Source of the DNA: an uncultured bacterium | GTDB taxonomy: Bacteria > Fidelibacterota > Marinisomatia > Marinisomatales > UBA1611 | DNA: 64,000 bases | NCBI GenBank assembly: GCA_943788175.1 | Contig: CALSPG010000005.1 | Span: 1-64,000, forward strand | Direction: 5' to 3' | Program-made: the position numbers and the translations under genes | Notes under the pieces: model-generated | Database searches by the model: none | What the model was told of the DNA's origin: nothing | Seen by the model: only the letters and a program-made list of their open reading frames with translations | Shown here: piece after piece, positions 30,994 to 42,800 of the stretch | How positions within the stretch are numbered: position 1 is the first letter of the stretch | Layout: each line of letters starts with the position of its first letter

Positions 30994-33332
30994 TACTTAA
31001 TTTTGTCTCTAAGGCCATTAAGCCATAGATCTTTTGCTTCTTTAATATTTAAATGGATTTTATCATTAATAATTATATCATTTACTTCGGAAGTTTTTCC
31101 TATTTGGTAAATCTGCACATTATGGTTTTTGAAGATGTTTTTAAAGCTTTCTATTTTTGAGTCAGCAATCTCAACTAAGAAACCGCCTGTTTCAGAAAAC
31201 AATAATTTTTCTAAAGTGAGATCTCCTGGTATAGTTACAATACAGCCAATATTATTTTCAAATGTCATCTCAGATAATGCTACAGCAATGCCCCCATCCG
31301 AGATATCATGACACGATTGTAAAAGATTGTTATCAATACTGTCAGTAATTGCATTAATTTGATTTTTAACTTCATCTAATTCTGGGGTTGGCACATTTGC
31401 TCCAATCTCATTATAGAGGCTATAATAAAGGCTACCACCCAATTCATCTTTTCTACTACCCACCATAATAATATTTGAGTTAGATGTCTTAAAAGACATT
31501 GTTATAGCCTTTTCAACATTAACTAATTTTCCTAAGCAGCTTACAATAGGGCTTGGTGGAATAGAGCCAGATTTCGATTCATTATAAAAACTTACGTTCC
31601 CGGCTATAATTGGAATCGGAAATTTAGGGTTTTCTTTTAGTTTAATGCCTTTACATGCATCTGATACTCCCCTTACTGCTTCTACGAATTCCCACATTTG
31701 ATGAGGTTTTTCAGGGTTGCCAAAACATAAACAATCAGAAATTGCGTGTGGGGATGCTCCAACAGCTGCAACATTTCTCATCGCTTCAATTGCCGCATTC
31801 ATCCCACCTAAATAAGGATCTATTTTACTATGATTAGGATTGTGATCAGTTGAAAGCGCTATACCTGTTTTTTGTATTTCTTTTGGATAATCATCGCTAT
31901 TAAAAGGAGACATAACCCCAGCGTCGCTCATTCCAGATTCCTGAACAGTTCTTCCTTGGACTTGCTTATCATAGGATTCATAGACTACACTTCTTGAAGC
32001 AATATTTTCATGTGATAACATTGCCTTTAATATTTCATTAAAGTCGAGAGGGGGTGTAATTATTGGTTCTTCAAATTTATAATTTGGGTTTTCATATTCT
32101 CGTTCATAAAGAAAACCTTTTGTGACTTCCTCTGCTAGAGCATCAACAATTTTTTCACCATTGTTATGGACGGTATATTTTTTATTATCTCGTATTTTTC
32201 CAACTACTGAAGCTTTGGCTCCTGATGAAACTGCTGGTAAGTCATACTTTGTATTGTAATGTGACAATATTTTTTCTGTAAGGTAAGGTGGAGACACCCA
32301 CATAAATCTTTCTTGAGTTTCTGAACATAAATAAACACTAGGGTGTAAATCATTCATCCCAATGTGGACTTTATCAAGCCAGACCTCAGAGCCATACCCA
32401 GATGTTTCTGCTAATTCAACGCTTGCACAGGCAACTCCGCCCGCACCTAAATCTTTAAAACCAACACTATTACATAAATCATTATCTTGAAGGTATTTGA
32501 ATAACGCATAAGTTGATTTTAAAAGGTGTCTTTCTAAGAAAGCATTTGGTTCCTGGACAGCTCCTTTGTTTTGCTCTTTCTTTTCTTCTTCAAGCTCTAA
32601 TGAGGCAAAGCTTGCGCCTCCAAAACCGCTATTATCTGTTGGTTTTCCTAGTAAAATAAGGTCGTAATTATTAGAATTTTTTGGAGCATAAGAATGAATG
32701 ATATGATCTTCTCTTACAATCCCTAGTGTCACCAGAGTAACTAAACAATTATCATTATAACCGTTATTATAGTAAATATCCCCACCAATATTGGGCACGC
32801 CTAAAGGGTTCCCATAACCTGCGACACCAGAAACGACGCCATCGTGTATCCATTTTGTTTTATTGTTTTTTATATCACCAAATCTAAAAGAATCTGAACA
32901 GGCAATAACTTCAGCACCCATGCACAAAACATCTCGAACATTGCCCCCAACTCCTGTTGCTGCTCCCTCATAAGGAACTATTTGAGATGGGTGATTATGA
33001 GATTCGTGGCTCATCACTATACACCAACGTTTTCCACTATTATCTTTTACAATTGAAACGACGCCTGCGTCTTCTTTCGCGCCGAGTACTACATCTGGGC
33101 CATCTGTTACAAACTGTTTTAAATGATTGCGACTACTCTTGTAAGAACAGTGCTCTGAACCTTGGATAGAAAACAATACTAACTCTGCGAGTGATGGTGG
33201 CCTTCCAAGCATTTCGTCCTGAATTTTTTTCCCTTCTTCAGGCGTAAGGGCTATATTGAGGTCAGAAAGTTTTTTCTTTATTTGGGCATTATTTAACCCA
33301 GAAAGATCAATCGTTTCTTTTGTGAAACTCAT
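30993..33332 (-). CDS. purL: FGAM synthase small PurL
   Basis: SEHCSYKSS, ESHNHPS, DLGAGG, SETQERF, GNVSFYNE, HDISDGG. Confidence 0.96.
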   Translation of the reverse strand: MSFTKETIDLSGLNNAQIKKKLSDLNIALTPEEGKKIQDEMLGRPPSLAELVLFSIQGSEHCSYKSSRNHLKQFVTDGPDVVLGAKEDAGVVSIVKDNSGKRWCIVMSHESHNHPSQIVPYEGAATGVGGNVRDVLCMGAEVIACSDSFRFGDIKNNKTKWIHDGVVSGVAGYGNPLGVPNIGGDIYYNNGYNDNCLVTLVTLGIVREDHIIHSYAPKNSNNYDLILLGKPTDNSGFGGASFASLELEEEKKEQNKGAVQEPNAFLERHLLKSTYALFKYLQDNDLCNSVGFKDLGAGGVACASVELAETSGYGSEVWLDKVHIGMNDLHPSVYLCSETQERFMWVSPPYLTEKILSHYNTKYDLPAVSSGAKASVVGKIRDNKKYTVHNNGEKIVDALAEEVTKGFLYEREYENPNYKFEEPIITPPLDFNEILKAMLSHENIASRSVVYESYDKQVQGRTVQESGMSDAGVMSPFNSDDYPKEIQKTGIALSTDHNPNHSKIDPYLGGMNAAIEAMRNVAAVGASPHAISDCLCFGNPEKPHQMWEFVEAVRGVSDACKGIKLKENPKFPIPIIAGNVSFYNESKSGSIPPSPIVSCLGKLVNVEKAITMSFKTSNSNIIMVGSRKDELGGSLYYSLYNEIGANVPTPELDEVKNQINAITDSIDNNLLQSCHDISDGGIAVALSEMTFENNIGCIVTIPGDLTLEKLLFSETGGFLVEIADSKIESFKNIFKNHNVQIYQIGKTSEVNDIIINDKIHLNIKEAKDLWLNGLRDKIK

Positions 33333-33335
33333 TAA

Positions 33336-34643
<1,308 letters not shown>

Positions 34644-34713
34644 TTATAAAAATTATAAAAGTTTTGTTAAAACATCATAGAAGGTTAATCAAACTGACAC
34701 ATCAATTAAAGAC

Positions 34714-34920
34714 CTATTCATGAGGATTTTTAGATTTTTTTTTGTAGCCTGCTTTTATTTTTGCCCAATTCAATAGTTTTTTAATTGGTGGGAAATAGTC
34801 AGCAAGAATTATCAAGCCAGGAATACCGAAAAGCCAACCTTGGAAAATTGGGATTAACCCGCCAATCGCTCCGATCAGAACTAAGATGATTCCAAGGGCA
34901 ATGCGAAATGTGTGCTTCAT
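34714..34920 (-). CDS. Small two-TM membrane protein (PGPGW-like)
   Basis: GIILVLIGAIGGLIPIFQGWLFGIPGLIILA. Confidence 0.65.
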   Translation of the reverse strand: MKHTFRIALGIILVLIGAIGGLIPIFQGWLFGIPGLIILADYFPPIKKLLNWAKIKAGYKKKSKNPHE

Positions 34921-35052
34921 AGATTTCAATCTTTTAATGATTGGATTAAATTAGTAAGGTTTTTTTAATTAAACTTATACTCTTGTTTTCTTGTTAAACA
35001 ATTTTTAACCATATAGCTATATTCGAGCTAAGAAAAATAAAGATAAAACTCA

Positions 35053-35706
35053 ATGGGATTTCACAGATTAAAATATAAAAAAAAGACCAGTCAAGATATG
35101 ATAGACCTTTCTACTCAATTTATGAATATTATGACAACGAGGAGAAGTGTTCGCGGGTTTTCCGATGAAGATATTCCTGATATAGTTTTAGAAAATATTA
35201 TAAGGACAGCGATGAGTGCACCTTCTGGAGCGAACAAGGAACCCTGGCAATTTGCTATTGTTAAAGACAAGACTGTTAAAAAGAAGATTAGGAATGCAGC
35301 AGAAGTGGAAGAAAAAAAATTTTACAAGAAGCGAGCAACAGAAGAATGGCTTAAAGATTTAAATAAATTTGCAACGGATTGGAGGAAACCTTTTCTTGAA
35401 AAAGCACCAGCATTAATAGTTGTTTTTAGACAAAGTTATGATAGTAGCGGGGGTTCAAAAAGGAAGAACTATTATGTTGGAGAATCTGTCGGAATCGCAT
35501 CAGGGTTTTTAATTACAGCTATACACAATGCTGGATTAGTCTCCTTGACTCACACACCAAGTCCGATGGGGTTTTTAGAAAAAATCCTTGAGAGACCAAT
35601 CAATGAAAAAGCCTTTCTACTTATTCCAGTGGGATATCCTGAACCAAATACTCAGGTTCCGATGTTAAAAAAGCGACGATATGAAGATACAGTGAGGATT
35701 TATTAA
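35053..35706 (+). CDS. Nitroreductase-fold iodotyrosine deiodinase-like flavoprotein
   Basis: RRSVR, APSGANKEPW, EEKKFY...WLKDL...TDWRKPFLEKAP, YVGESVGIA, LTHTPSP. Confidence 0.85.
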   Translation: MGFHRLKYKKKTSQDMIDLSTQFMNIMTTRRSVRGFSDEDIPDIVLENIIRTAMSAPSGANKEPWQFAIVKDKTVKKKIRNAAEVEEKKFYKKRATEEWLKDLNKFATDWRKPFLEKAPALIVVFRQSYDSSGGSKRKNYYVGESVGIASGFLITAIHNAGLVSLTHTPSPMGFLEKILERPINEKAFLLIPVGYPEPNTQVPMLKKRRYEDTVRIY

Positions 35707-35707
35707 T

Positions 35708-36193
35708 ATGATAAAAATTTTTGTTACCGGTGGAACGTTTGATAAAGACTACGATGAAAAAAATGGTAAGCTATATTTTAAAGATACGCACATGAGTGAG
35801 ATATTGAATCTTGGTAGATCAAAAGTCGAAGTTAATATAGAAACTTTAATGATGATTGACAGTCTTGATATGAAAGAGACTGATCGAAGATTAATCGTTG
35901 ATAGTTGTGAGAGCACTAATGAAAAAAATATTATAGTAACACATGGTACGGATACTATGACTGAAACTGCAAAGAAGGTCGGAGAAAAAAATCTACAAAA
36001 AACGATTGTTCTGACTGGCGCAATGATCCCTTATAAGTTTGGGACATCTGATGGTTTATTTAATATTGCAAGTGCTTTAGCATACGTTCAAACATTATCA
36101 AGCGGTGTTTATGTGGCAATGAACGGCAGAGTTTTTACTTATGATAACGTAATAAAAAACAAAGAAACTGGTGTATTTGAGGAAATAAAATGA
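35708..36193 (+). CDS. Short (N-domain only) L-asparaginase
   Basis: TGGT and HGTDTM motifs; 161 aa. Confidence 0.88.
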   Translation: MIKIFVTGGTFDKDYDEKNGKLYFKDTHMSEILNLGRSKVEVNIETLMMIDSLDMKETDRRLIVDSCESTNEKNIIVTHGTDTMTETAKKVGEKNLQKTIVLTGAMIPYKFGTSDGLFNIASALAYVQTLSSGVYVAMNGRVFTYDNVIKNKETGVFEEIK

Positions 36194-36543
36194 AGCATTT
36201 AAAGATATATCACAATCCAAGGTGTAGTAAAAGTAGAAAAACGTTGCAGATCATTCGAGATCATGGCGTAGAACCAGAGGTGGTTGAGTACTTAAAAAAG
36301 CCACCAACTGAGAATGAGTTAAAAAAAATTTCTAACCTCCTTGGCTTAGATCCAAAACGTTTTGTTAGGGTCAATGAGAATGATTTTAAAGAAAATGGAT
36401 TATCAGAAAAAATTAGTGATAATGAGGCGATGTTTCGATTAATGGTCAAATTCCCGAAGACTATCGAAAGGCCAATTGTGGTTTCAGATGATAATGCTAT
36501 TATTGGCAGACCACCTGAAAACGTATTAAAAATATTAACGTAA
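36190..36543 (+). CDS. arsC: ArsC (glutaredoxin-type)/Spx family protein
   Basis: YHNPRCSKSR, IERPIV, GRPPE. Confidence 0.88.
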   Translation: MKHLKIYHNPRCSKSRKTLQIIRDHGVEPEVVEYLKKPPTENELKKISNLLGLDPKRFVRVNENDFKENGLSEKISDNEAMFRLMVKFPKTIERPIVVSDDNAIIGRPPENVLKILT

Positions 36544-36599
36544 TTTCACTCTCTATATATATATTGTGTATAAAAGGTCAAAAAAATACAAAATTAAAC

Positions 36600-36629
36600 T
36601 TGACAATGATTGTATTCATCGGCTAGGTT
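36600..36629 (+). promoter_or_regulatory. Sigma70-like promoter of the receptor operon
   Basis: TTGACA (36600-36605), 18-bp spacer, TAGGTT. Confidence 0.5.
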
Positions 36630-36775
36630 TGTTCTAGGTGTTATTGGGGTGATGTGGACAGACATTAGTAATCTGTGCACTATTAGGGGGTGAATAAGTT
36701 CATGTATAATGCTTTTTTTACTCGGCCCCACTAAAATAAATAAAAATTTTCTAAATGTAAATTGGAGACAGAAAA

Positions 36776-39763
36776 ATGGGAAAAATCTCAAAAATAGTCG
36801 CTCTCTCTTTGTTAATGTCTTTTGCGATTTCGCAAACGACTGGTAAGATAAGAGGAAAAGTAACTTCAGCAGACGGTCAGCCGCTTGCTGGTGCTAATGT
36901 CATCGTTGATGGTACTACGAAAGGTGCCGCTACTGATGGAGACGGAAGTTATACAATCTTAAACGTTGAGGCTGGAACATATAGTGTTACTGCTACTTAT
37001 ATTGGATACCAAAGCAGTACCGAATCTAATGTTTCTATAAAAGTTGACTTAACTACGCCACTAAATTTTGCAATGGCAACATCAGCTGTAGAAGGTGAGG
37101 TTGTTACGATTGTAGGAGAAAAAAGACTAATAGAGAAAAGTGCTACAAATTCTGTTCGTTCTGTAAGTTCTGAAGAAATTCAGAATTCTGCATCTAGAAG
37201 TGTTTCTGGTATGCTAGACATGCAGGCAGGTGTAAACATCACAAACGGTAGGTTATCCATTCGTGGTAGTAGAGCTGAAGAAGTTGCATACACACTTGAT
37301 GGTGCTTCCATTACTGACGTTGTAAATACTGGTAGAGATGTATCGGCTATTCCGGAAGCTCTTGCAGAAATATCAGTTGAGTCTGGTGGTTTTGGCGCTC
37401 ACATTGGTGGCGCAAATTCAGGTGTTGTTAGACAAACTTTAAGAACTGGTGGAAATGAAGTTATGGGTTCTGCTCGTTTTGAAACGGGTGACTATGGTCA
37501 TACAGATCTTACAGCAACCGTAGGCGTACCAATTGGTGATAAAATCAAAACATTTATTGCTCTGCGTAGCAATCACGTTGATGATTGGGATCCAACTTAT
37601 TATACAGATTTCTCAATCAATAATGGCGAAATGCTTGAAAGTACAGTCTCTGGAAGTACGCCTGATGGTGATTCAATTGCTGTAGTTTTTAATTCAGGTG
37701 GTAAAGATGGTGTTGCTCATCGTTCGCAAGATGTTCTACAGATTAATGCAACGGGAACTGTTGACCTTGGTCCATTAAACCTTCGTCTTTCAGCTGTAGT
37801 TGATAATAATACTTATGAAAGTAATGCTCTTCCTATTTATTATATGTTTAATACTGAAAGACTTCCGAAGACTGAGCGTAAGCTTGCAATGTATAATGCT
37901 AGAGCAAACTATTTTTTAAACCCAAATATGCTTTTAACAGCTGGATTAAGCACATTTAAACGTACTTATGAAAAATATGATGATGGTATGGGCAAGCCAG
38001 GCAACTTTGGTGATTTGCTAGGTCATTATGATTCAACTTCAATTGCTGCTGCTGGTCTTGATGCTTCTTACTGGGCTGGTGGAAACACTGACTATGCTAC
38101 TCCTGGAGCAACTTATAACTCTCCTGGTGCTTATTATGTAGCAAATACATTCGCATTTTCTAGACCTGGGGATATCCTAACTGACTATGACAAAAATGAG
38201 CGTAGTTCTTTTGGTTTTGATGCTGGTTTAACTTGGCAGAGAGGTGATCATGAGATCCGTACTGGGTTCGATTATAAGAAATATACTTATCGCGTTTATG
38301 AGTTAAGTACAACTGCTATGTATAACATAAATAAAGGTATTGCTGATGGGAATTACACCCGTGAGCAAGCTGCTAGTGGAGATAATGTAACAGTAACAAA
38401 TGCGCTATCTCTTTACAATAGAGATGGTCAAATTGGTTATGATGATTATGGCAATGAAGTGGATGATGGTTTTGACGGTCCTAGAGAGCCTACAGTAACT
38501 TCTTTTTATCTTAATGATAAATTTGAATCTGGTGATTTAGTAATTAGCGCTGGTGTTCGTCTTGATAATTTTATGATGGACGACTTTAAAATGAAAGACC
38601 CTGCAAATCCAGGTTGGGATCAATCTAATCAGGGAATTATAGAAGATCAGTTTGAAGATTCAGAGACAAAGAGCGTTTTACAGCCGCGTATTGGTTTAGC
38701 TTTCCCTGTATCTGATCAAATGGTTTTCCACTTACAGTATGGTAAGTTTGCTCAGATGCCTGAACTTGACCTTCCGTATGCTTCTACTAGATACATGCAT
38801 TTGGTTTGGGGTGGTCAGAACTACACTCCAGATCCAATGGGATTTGATCTTGATCCAATTGAGACAACGCAATACGAAGTTGGTATGAGCTATCAGTTCT
38901 TGCCTTCTGCTGCTATAGATGTTACAGCATTTGCTAAAAACACTACCGGCCAGGTTGTTATTGGTAAAAACGATGCTGTTGATATCAACAATACTTATGG
39001 TGTTGCACAAGATGCTTTTTACTATAAAAATGGCGATTTTACAACTGTAAATGGTTTTGAGTTCACTCTTAGAACAAGAAGAGTTAGTAATTTACAAACA
39101 TATGGGTCTTACACGTGGTCTGACGCAAGAGGAATTAATTCAGATCCAAATACTGGAGCTGGTAACATTGCTCAAGACTTATTAAGTCCTCCGCCACTAA
39201 TGATTTCACCTCTTTACTACCACAATAAGCATCGTGGTGCGGTCGCTTTAGATTATCGTTTAGGTGAAGACCAAGGTGTTTTAAGTGGACTCGGTATAAA
39301 CTTTGAATACAAGTTTAACAGTGGACATCCTTACACGTTAAGTGATGGTGGAATGGGACAAAGAGCTGCAGATGGTGGAGCTATCCTCGCAGATGCTCGC
39401 TCTCGTGAGCCTCAAGAATCAATTGGTGGCTCTACTACTCCATGGCAGTATTACTCTAACTTAAAAGTAGATTATAAGATGTCTCTAGGCGGTGTAGGTG
39501 TTACGCTTTTTGCTTATGTGGACAATCTATTTGATACTAAAAATGTAATTAACGTTTACTCTAGATCTGGTAACGCGTACGATGATGGTTTCTTAACAGA
39601 TCCAGCATTAAGCTCTGAGATTGTAGCTGCGAATGGACAAACTTATGTTGATCTATATCGTAATGTTAATCTTGAGAATAGACAGCATTACATGACAGAC
39701 TTTGGTTTTGACGTTTTTGCGACACCGCAAATTGTTAAAATGGGTGTTGCTGTTAATTTCTAA
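36776..39763 (+). CDS. TonB-dependent receptor (995 aa)
   Basis: Signal peptide, GKIRGKV...PLAGANV, plug IRGSRAEEVAYTLDG, QPRIGLAFP, NLFD, terminal Phe. GGAG RBS. Confidence 0.93.
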   Translation: MGKISKIVALSLLMSFAISQTTGKIRGKVTSADGQPLAGANVIVDGTTKGAATDGDGSYTILNVEAGTYSVTATYIGYQSSTESNVSIKVDLTTPLNFAMATSAVEGEVVTIVGEKRLIEKSATNSVRSVSSEEIQNSASRSVSGMLDMQAGVNITNGRLSIRGSRAEEVAYTLDGASITDVVNTGRDVSAIPEALAEISVESGGFGAHIGGANSGVVRQTLRTGGNEVMGSARFETGDYGHTDLTATVGVPIGDKIKTFIALRSNHVDDWDPTYYTDFSINNGEMLESTVSGSTPDGDSIAVVFNSGGKDGVAHRSQDVLQINATGTVDLGPLNLRLSAVVDNNTYESNALPIYYMFNTERLPKTERKLAMYNARANYFLNPNMLLTAGLSTFKRTYEKYDDGMGKPGNFGDLLGHYDSTSIAAAGLDASYWAGGNTDYATPGATYNSPGAYYVANTFAFSRPGDILTDYDKNERSSFGFDAGLTWQRGDHEIRTGFDYKKYTYRVYELSTTAMYNINKGIADGNYTREQAASGDNVTVTNALSLYNRDGQIGYDDYGNEVDDGFDGPREPTVTSFYLNDKFESGDLVISAGVRLDNFMMDDFKMKDPANPGWDQSNQGIIEDQFEDSETKSVLQPRIGLAFPVSDQMVFHLQYGKFAQMPELDLPYASTRYMHLVWGGQNYTPDPMGFDLDPIETTQYEVGMSYQFLPSAAIDVTAFAKNTTGQVVIGKNDAVDINNTYGVAQDAFYYKNGDFTTVNGFEFTLRTRRVSNLQTYGSYTWSDARGINSDPNTGAGNIAQDLLSPPPLMISPLYYHNKHRGAVALDYRLGEDQGVLSGLGINFEYKFNSGHPYTLSDGGMGQRAADGGAILADARSREPQESIGGSTTPWQYYSNLKVDYKMSLGGVGVTLFAYVDNLFDTKNVINVYSRSGNAYDDGFLTDPALSSEIVAANGQTYVDLYRNVNLENRQHYMTDFGFDVFATPQIVKMGVAVNF

Positions 39764-39815
39764 TCGATTGATCGGATAGATAATAATTAAAAATAAAGAA
39801 AAGGGTATAAAAACC

Positions 39816-42800
39816 ATGAAAAAGAAGAATCTAAAACTAATAGTTGCTTGTTCTATGTTTCTTGTTTCGGGCTTATTTGCAAAAGAATTAGTCCCAAGCA
39901 ATACTAGTACAAAATCAACAATGAGAGTAATGGAAAATCAAAGTCCAGGAATCTCTGTGTTAAATATTAATAATATGGCTTACTGGATAGGTAAGGATGG
40001 TGCATATACGACTGCTGGAAGTCCAAATGGTACTATGGCTGACTATCCTATTTTTACAGGTGGCTTCATATATGCCGATGGTATGTTATGGGGTGCTAAA
40101 GTAAAAGGTGATGGTCTTGGTGACGAGGTCAGAGTCGGTGGTTCTACTTACAACCATGGAATGAAGGCTGGAAGAATTATCACGGATGCTTCAGGGAATG
40201 TTTTAGGTTCAGATGATCCTGCAAATAACCATGTTTGGCGTGTAAGAACAGACTGGGCGACAGCAGATTTATCTGTTGATGCTGCAAATTATTACGGCGT
40301 TGCCGTGTCTGATGTTACGCCAGCTCAAATTGCAGTAGTAAAAGGTCAATATGAATATGATTGGATGAATTGGCCAGCAGCATGGGGCGCTCCATACAAA
40401 GATGTTGATGGTGTTGATGGTTATAATAATGCGACAGATATACCGGGTTACCCTGGTGCTGATCAAACTATGTGGACAGTAGCAAATGATGTGCCGCTTA
40501 TCGTAAACGAAGCAGGAGATAGTACTGGTTTTCTGTCAACTGCTCCTAATTTATATGGTTCTGATCCAATCGGTATAGAATTACAAATTACAATGTGGGG
40601 TTATGCTTTTGGTGCTAGTGACCCATTAGGTAACAATATTTTTAAAGAAGCTAAAATGAAGTACATGGGTCTTCCAGCGCTTGACAGCACACAAGTTGGT
40701 GTTTCTGGTTTTACAGGTACAAGTGATGGTGCTATTTTGGATTCTCTTTATTTTACGCAGTGGTCAGATCCAGATTTAGGGACTTACACTGACGACTATG
40801 TTGGTTCTGATGTTGATCTTTCATTTGGCTATGTTTACAATGGTAATAGGTTAGATGGTGTCTTTAATGGCATTTTTAACTTACCTGTACCAGCTGGTGG
40901 ATATGATTTCTTACAAGGTCCTGCTGATAATATGGATCTTGATGGAGATGGAGATTCAACAGAATTTTTAGGAATGACTTCTTTTGCTTATTTTGGAGCT
41001 GGTTCTGCAATTGATGATCCAGATCTTTCTTCTTATGAGGGAACTTTGCAGTGGTTTAATTTAATGGAAGGTTTTTTACCTAGACCTGCATATCCAACGC
41101 AGATTCCATTTTCTGATCCATCAACTGGTTTAGAAACTAAATATGCTCTTTCTGGAGATCCAACCAGTGGTGCTGGATGGATTGATGGGGTTCAACTTCC
41201 TCCAGGCGATAGAAGAATGGTAATGAACACTGGTCCTTTTCAATTAAAAGTTGGAGAAGAGGCAACAGTGGTTTTAGGTATCGCTGGTGGTATGGGACTT
41301 GATAATGTTTCTTCAGTTTCTGTTGCAAAATTTCATGACCAATATGGTCAATATGCCTATGATCAAGGCTTTAACTTACCTAGTGCTCCTTCTTCACCTT
41401 CTGTTTCTATTATAGAAATGGATGGTATGGTTGGTTTAGACTGGGGTTCTTCAGCAACTTCTGTGTCAAGCACTGAAGAAAGCATCAGCGCAGGTTTTGA
41501 ATTTGAGGGATATGTGGTTTATCAACTTCCTTCCGCTTCATCTCCGCTAAGTGAAGCTGTTAAAGTTGCTACTTATGATAAGGTTAATTTAATTCAAAAT
41601 ATTTTAGACCCTTCTATTGATCCTACAACAGGTTTGGTCGTAGATGCGCCTAAGCAAACAGGTACTGATATTGGAGTTCAAAGATTCTTTGAAACAGATT
41701 ATGATGAAGTTCGTGGTCGTCCTATGTCGAATGGTATTACATATCATTTTGCGGTTACAGCTTACAGTTACTTATCTGATAACGACGGAAGCCCGTTTAA
41801 AACATTAGAGTCTGGCGAAACTAGAGTTGCTGTTACACCGAGAACAGCTAATCCAGGTGAAACAGTATATAGTGAAATGAGTTCTGATATTGAGGTAACT
41901 CATAATGGAACTGCAAACGCATCTGTAGGAGTTACTGTACTTAATCCGTCAGCATTAAAAGATGGATCATATAAAGTATCTTTTGATACGCAAGTATTTG
42001 CTCGTGATATTAATGGAGTTTGGAATAAAGTGGTTTCTAGAAGTGCTGCAAGTGTTTCTGATGCAACAGATTGTGGAGCTTCTACAATTACTGCAACAGC
42101 CTATGCTTCATCAATAGTAGGAACAATAGACTTAGTATTAGATTTCACTCTATCATGTGCTGATGGTGCATGGATTGATGGAATACAAATGACATTCCCA
42201 ACAGGATTTGCAGCAAATGTAAATACGACTGCTGTCACTGGCGTTGGAAACATTTGTTCTTATGGAGCTGGTTCAGGCCAGGATTGTGAGAATAGTGATG
42301 GTTCATGGACTGGTGATGTGTTATTGTATGGGCATGACAAACGTACTGGGTTTGGTGCTTTCGAATCTAGTAACACATTTACGGTAAATTACACGCCTTC
42401 TAATTCTGCTACATGGGATCTCCCATTAGATATCGGATACGTAATTTACGATGACCATTATACTGACGTGAACTCAGATGGTACTGGTACAGCAACAGCA
42501 TCTAGTCAAAACTATGAAGAGAAGACAGAATACCATTGGAACTTGTCAACTGCTTCAGGTACTGTTTTGTTAGAGGATCAAACTTTTCTTGGTGGCGCAG
42601 ATCTTTATGGTGGTTCTAGTGTAGGTGGTAATTCTTCTCTACATTATAATACAGCAGCAGCTGTCACAATTGATGGATTCCAAGTCAACGTAGAAGGTGG
42701 TTATGATTCACCTACAGACTTTTTTGGATATGATATCGCGAGAGATGCCGCTAACGCAGCCCTTTATGGTGAGTCTATTTGGGATATGACTTCCTATATG

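Noticed and set aside
36594-36791. 65-aa minus-strand ORF in the receptor leader
   Set aside because: Overlaps the promoter and receptor start in antisense; no motif.
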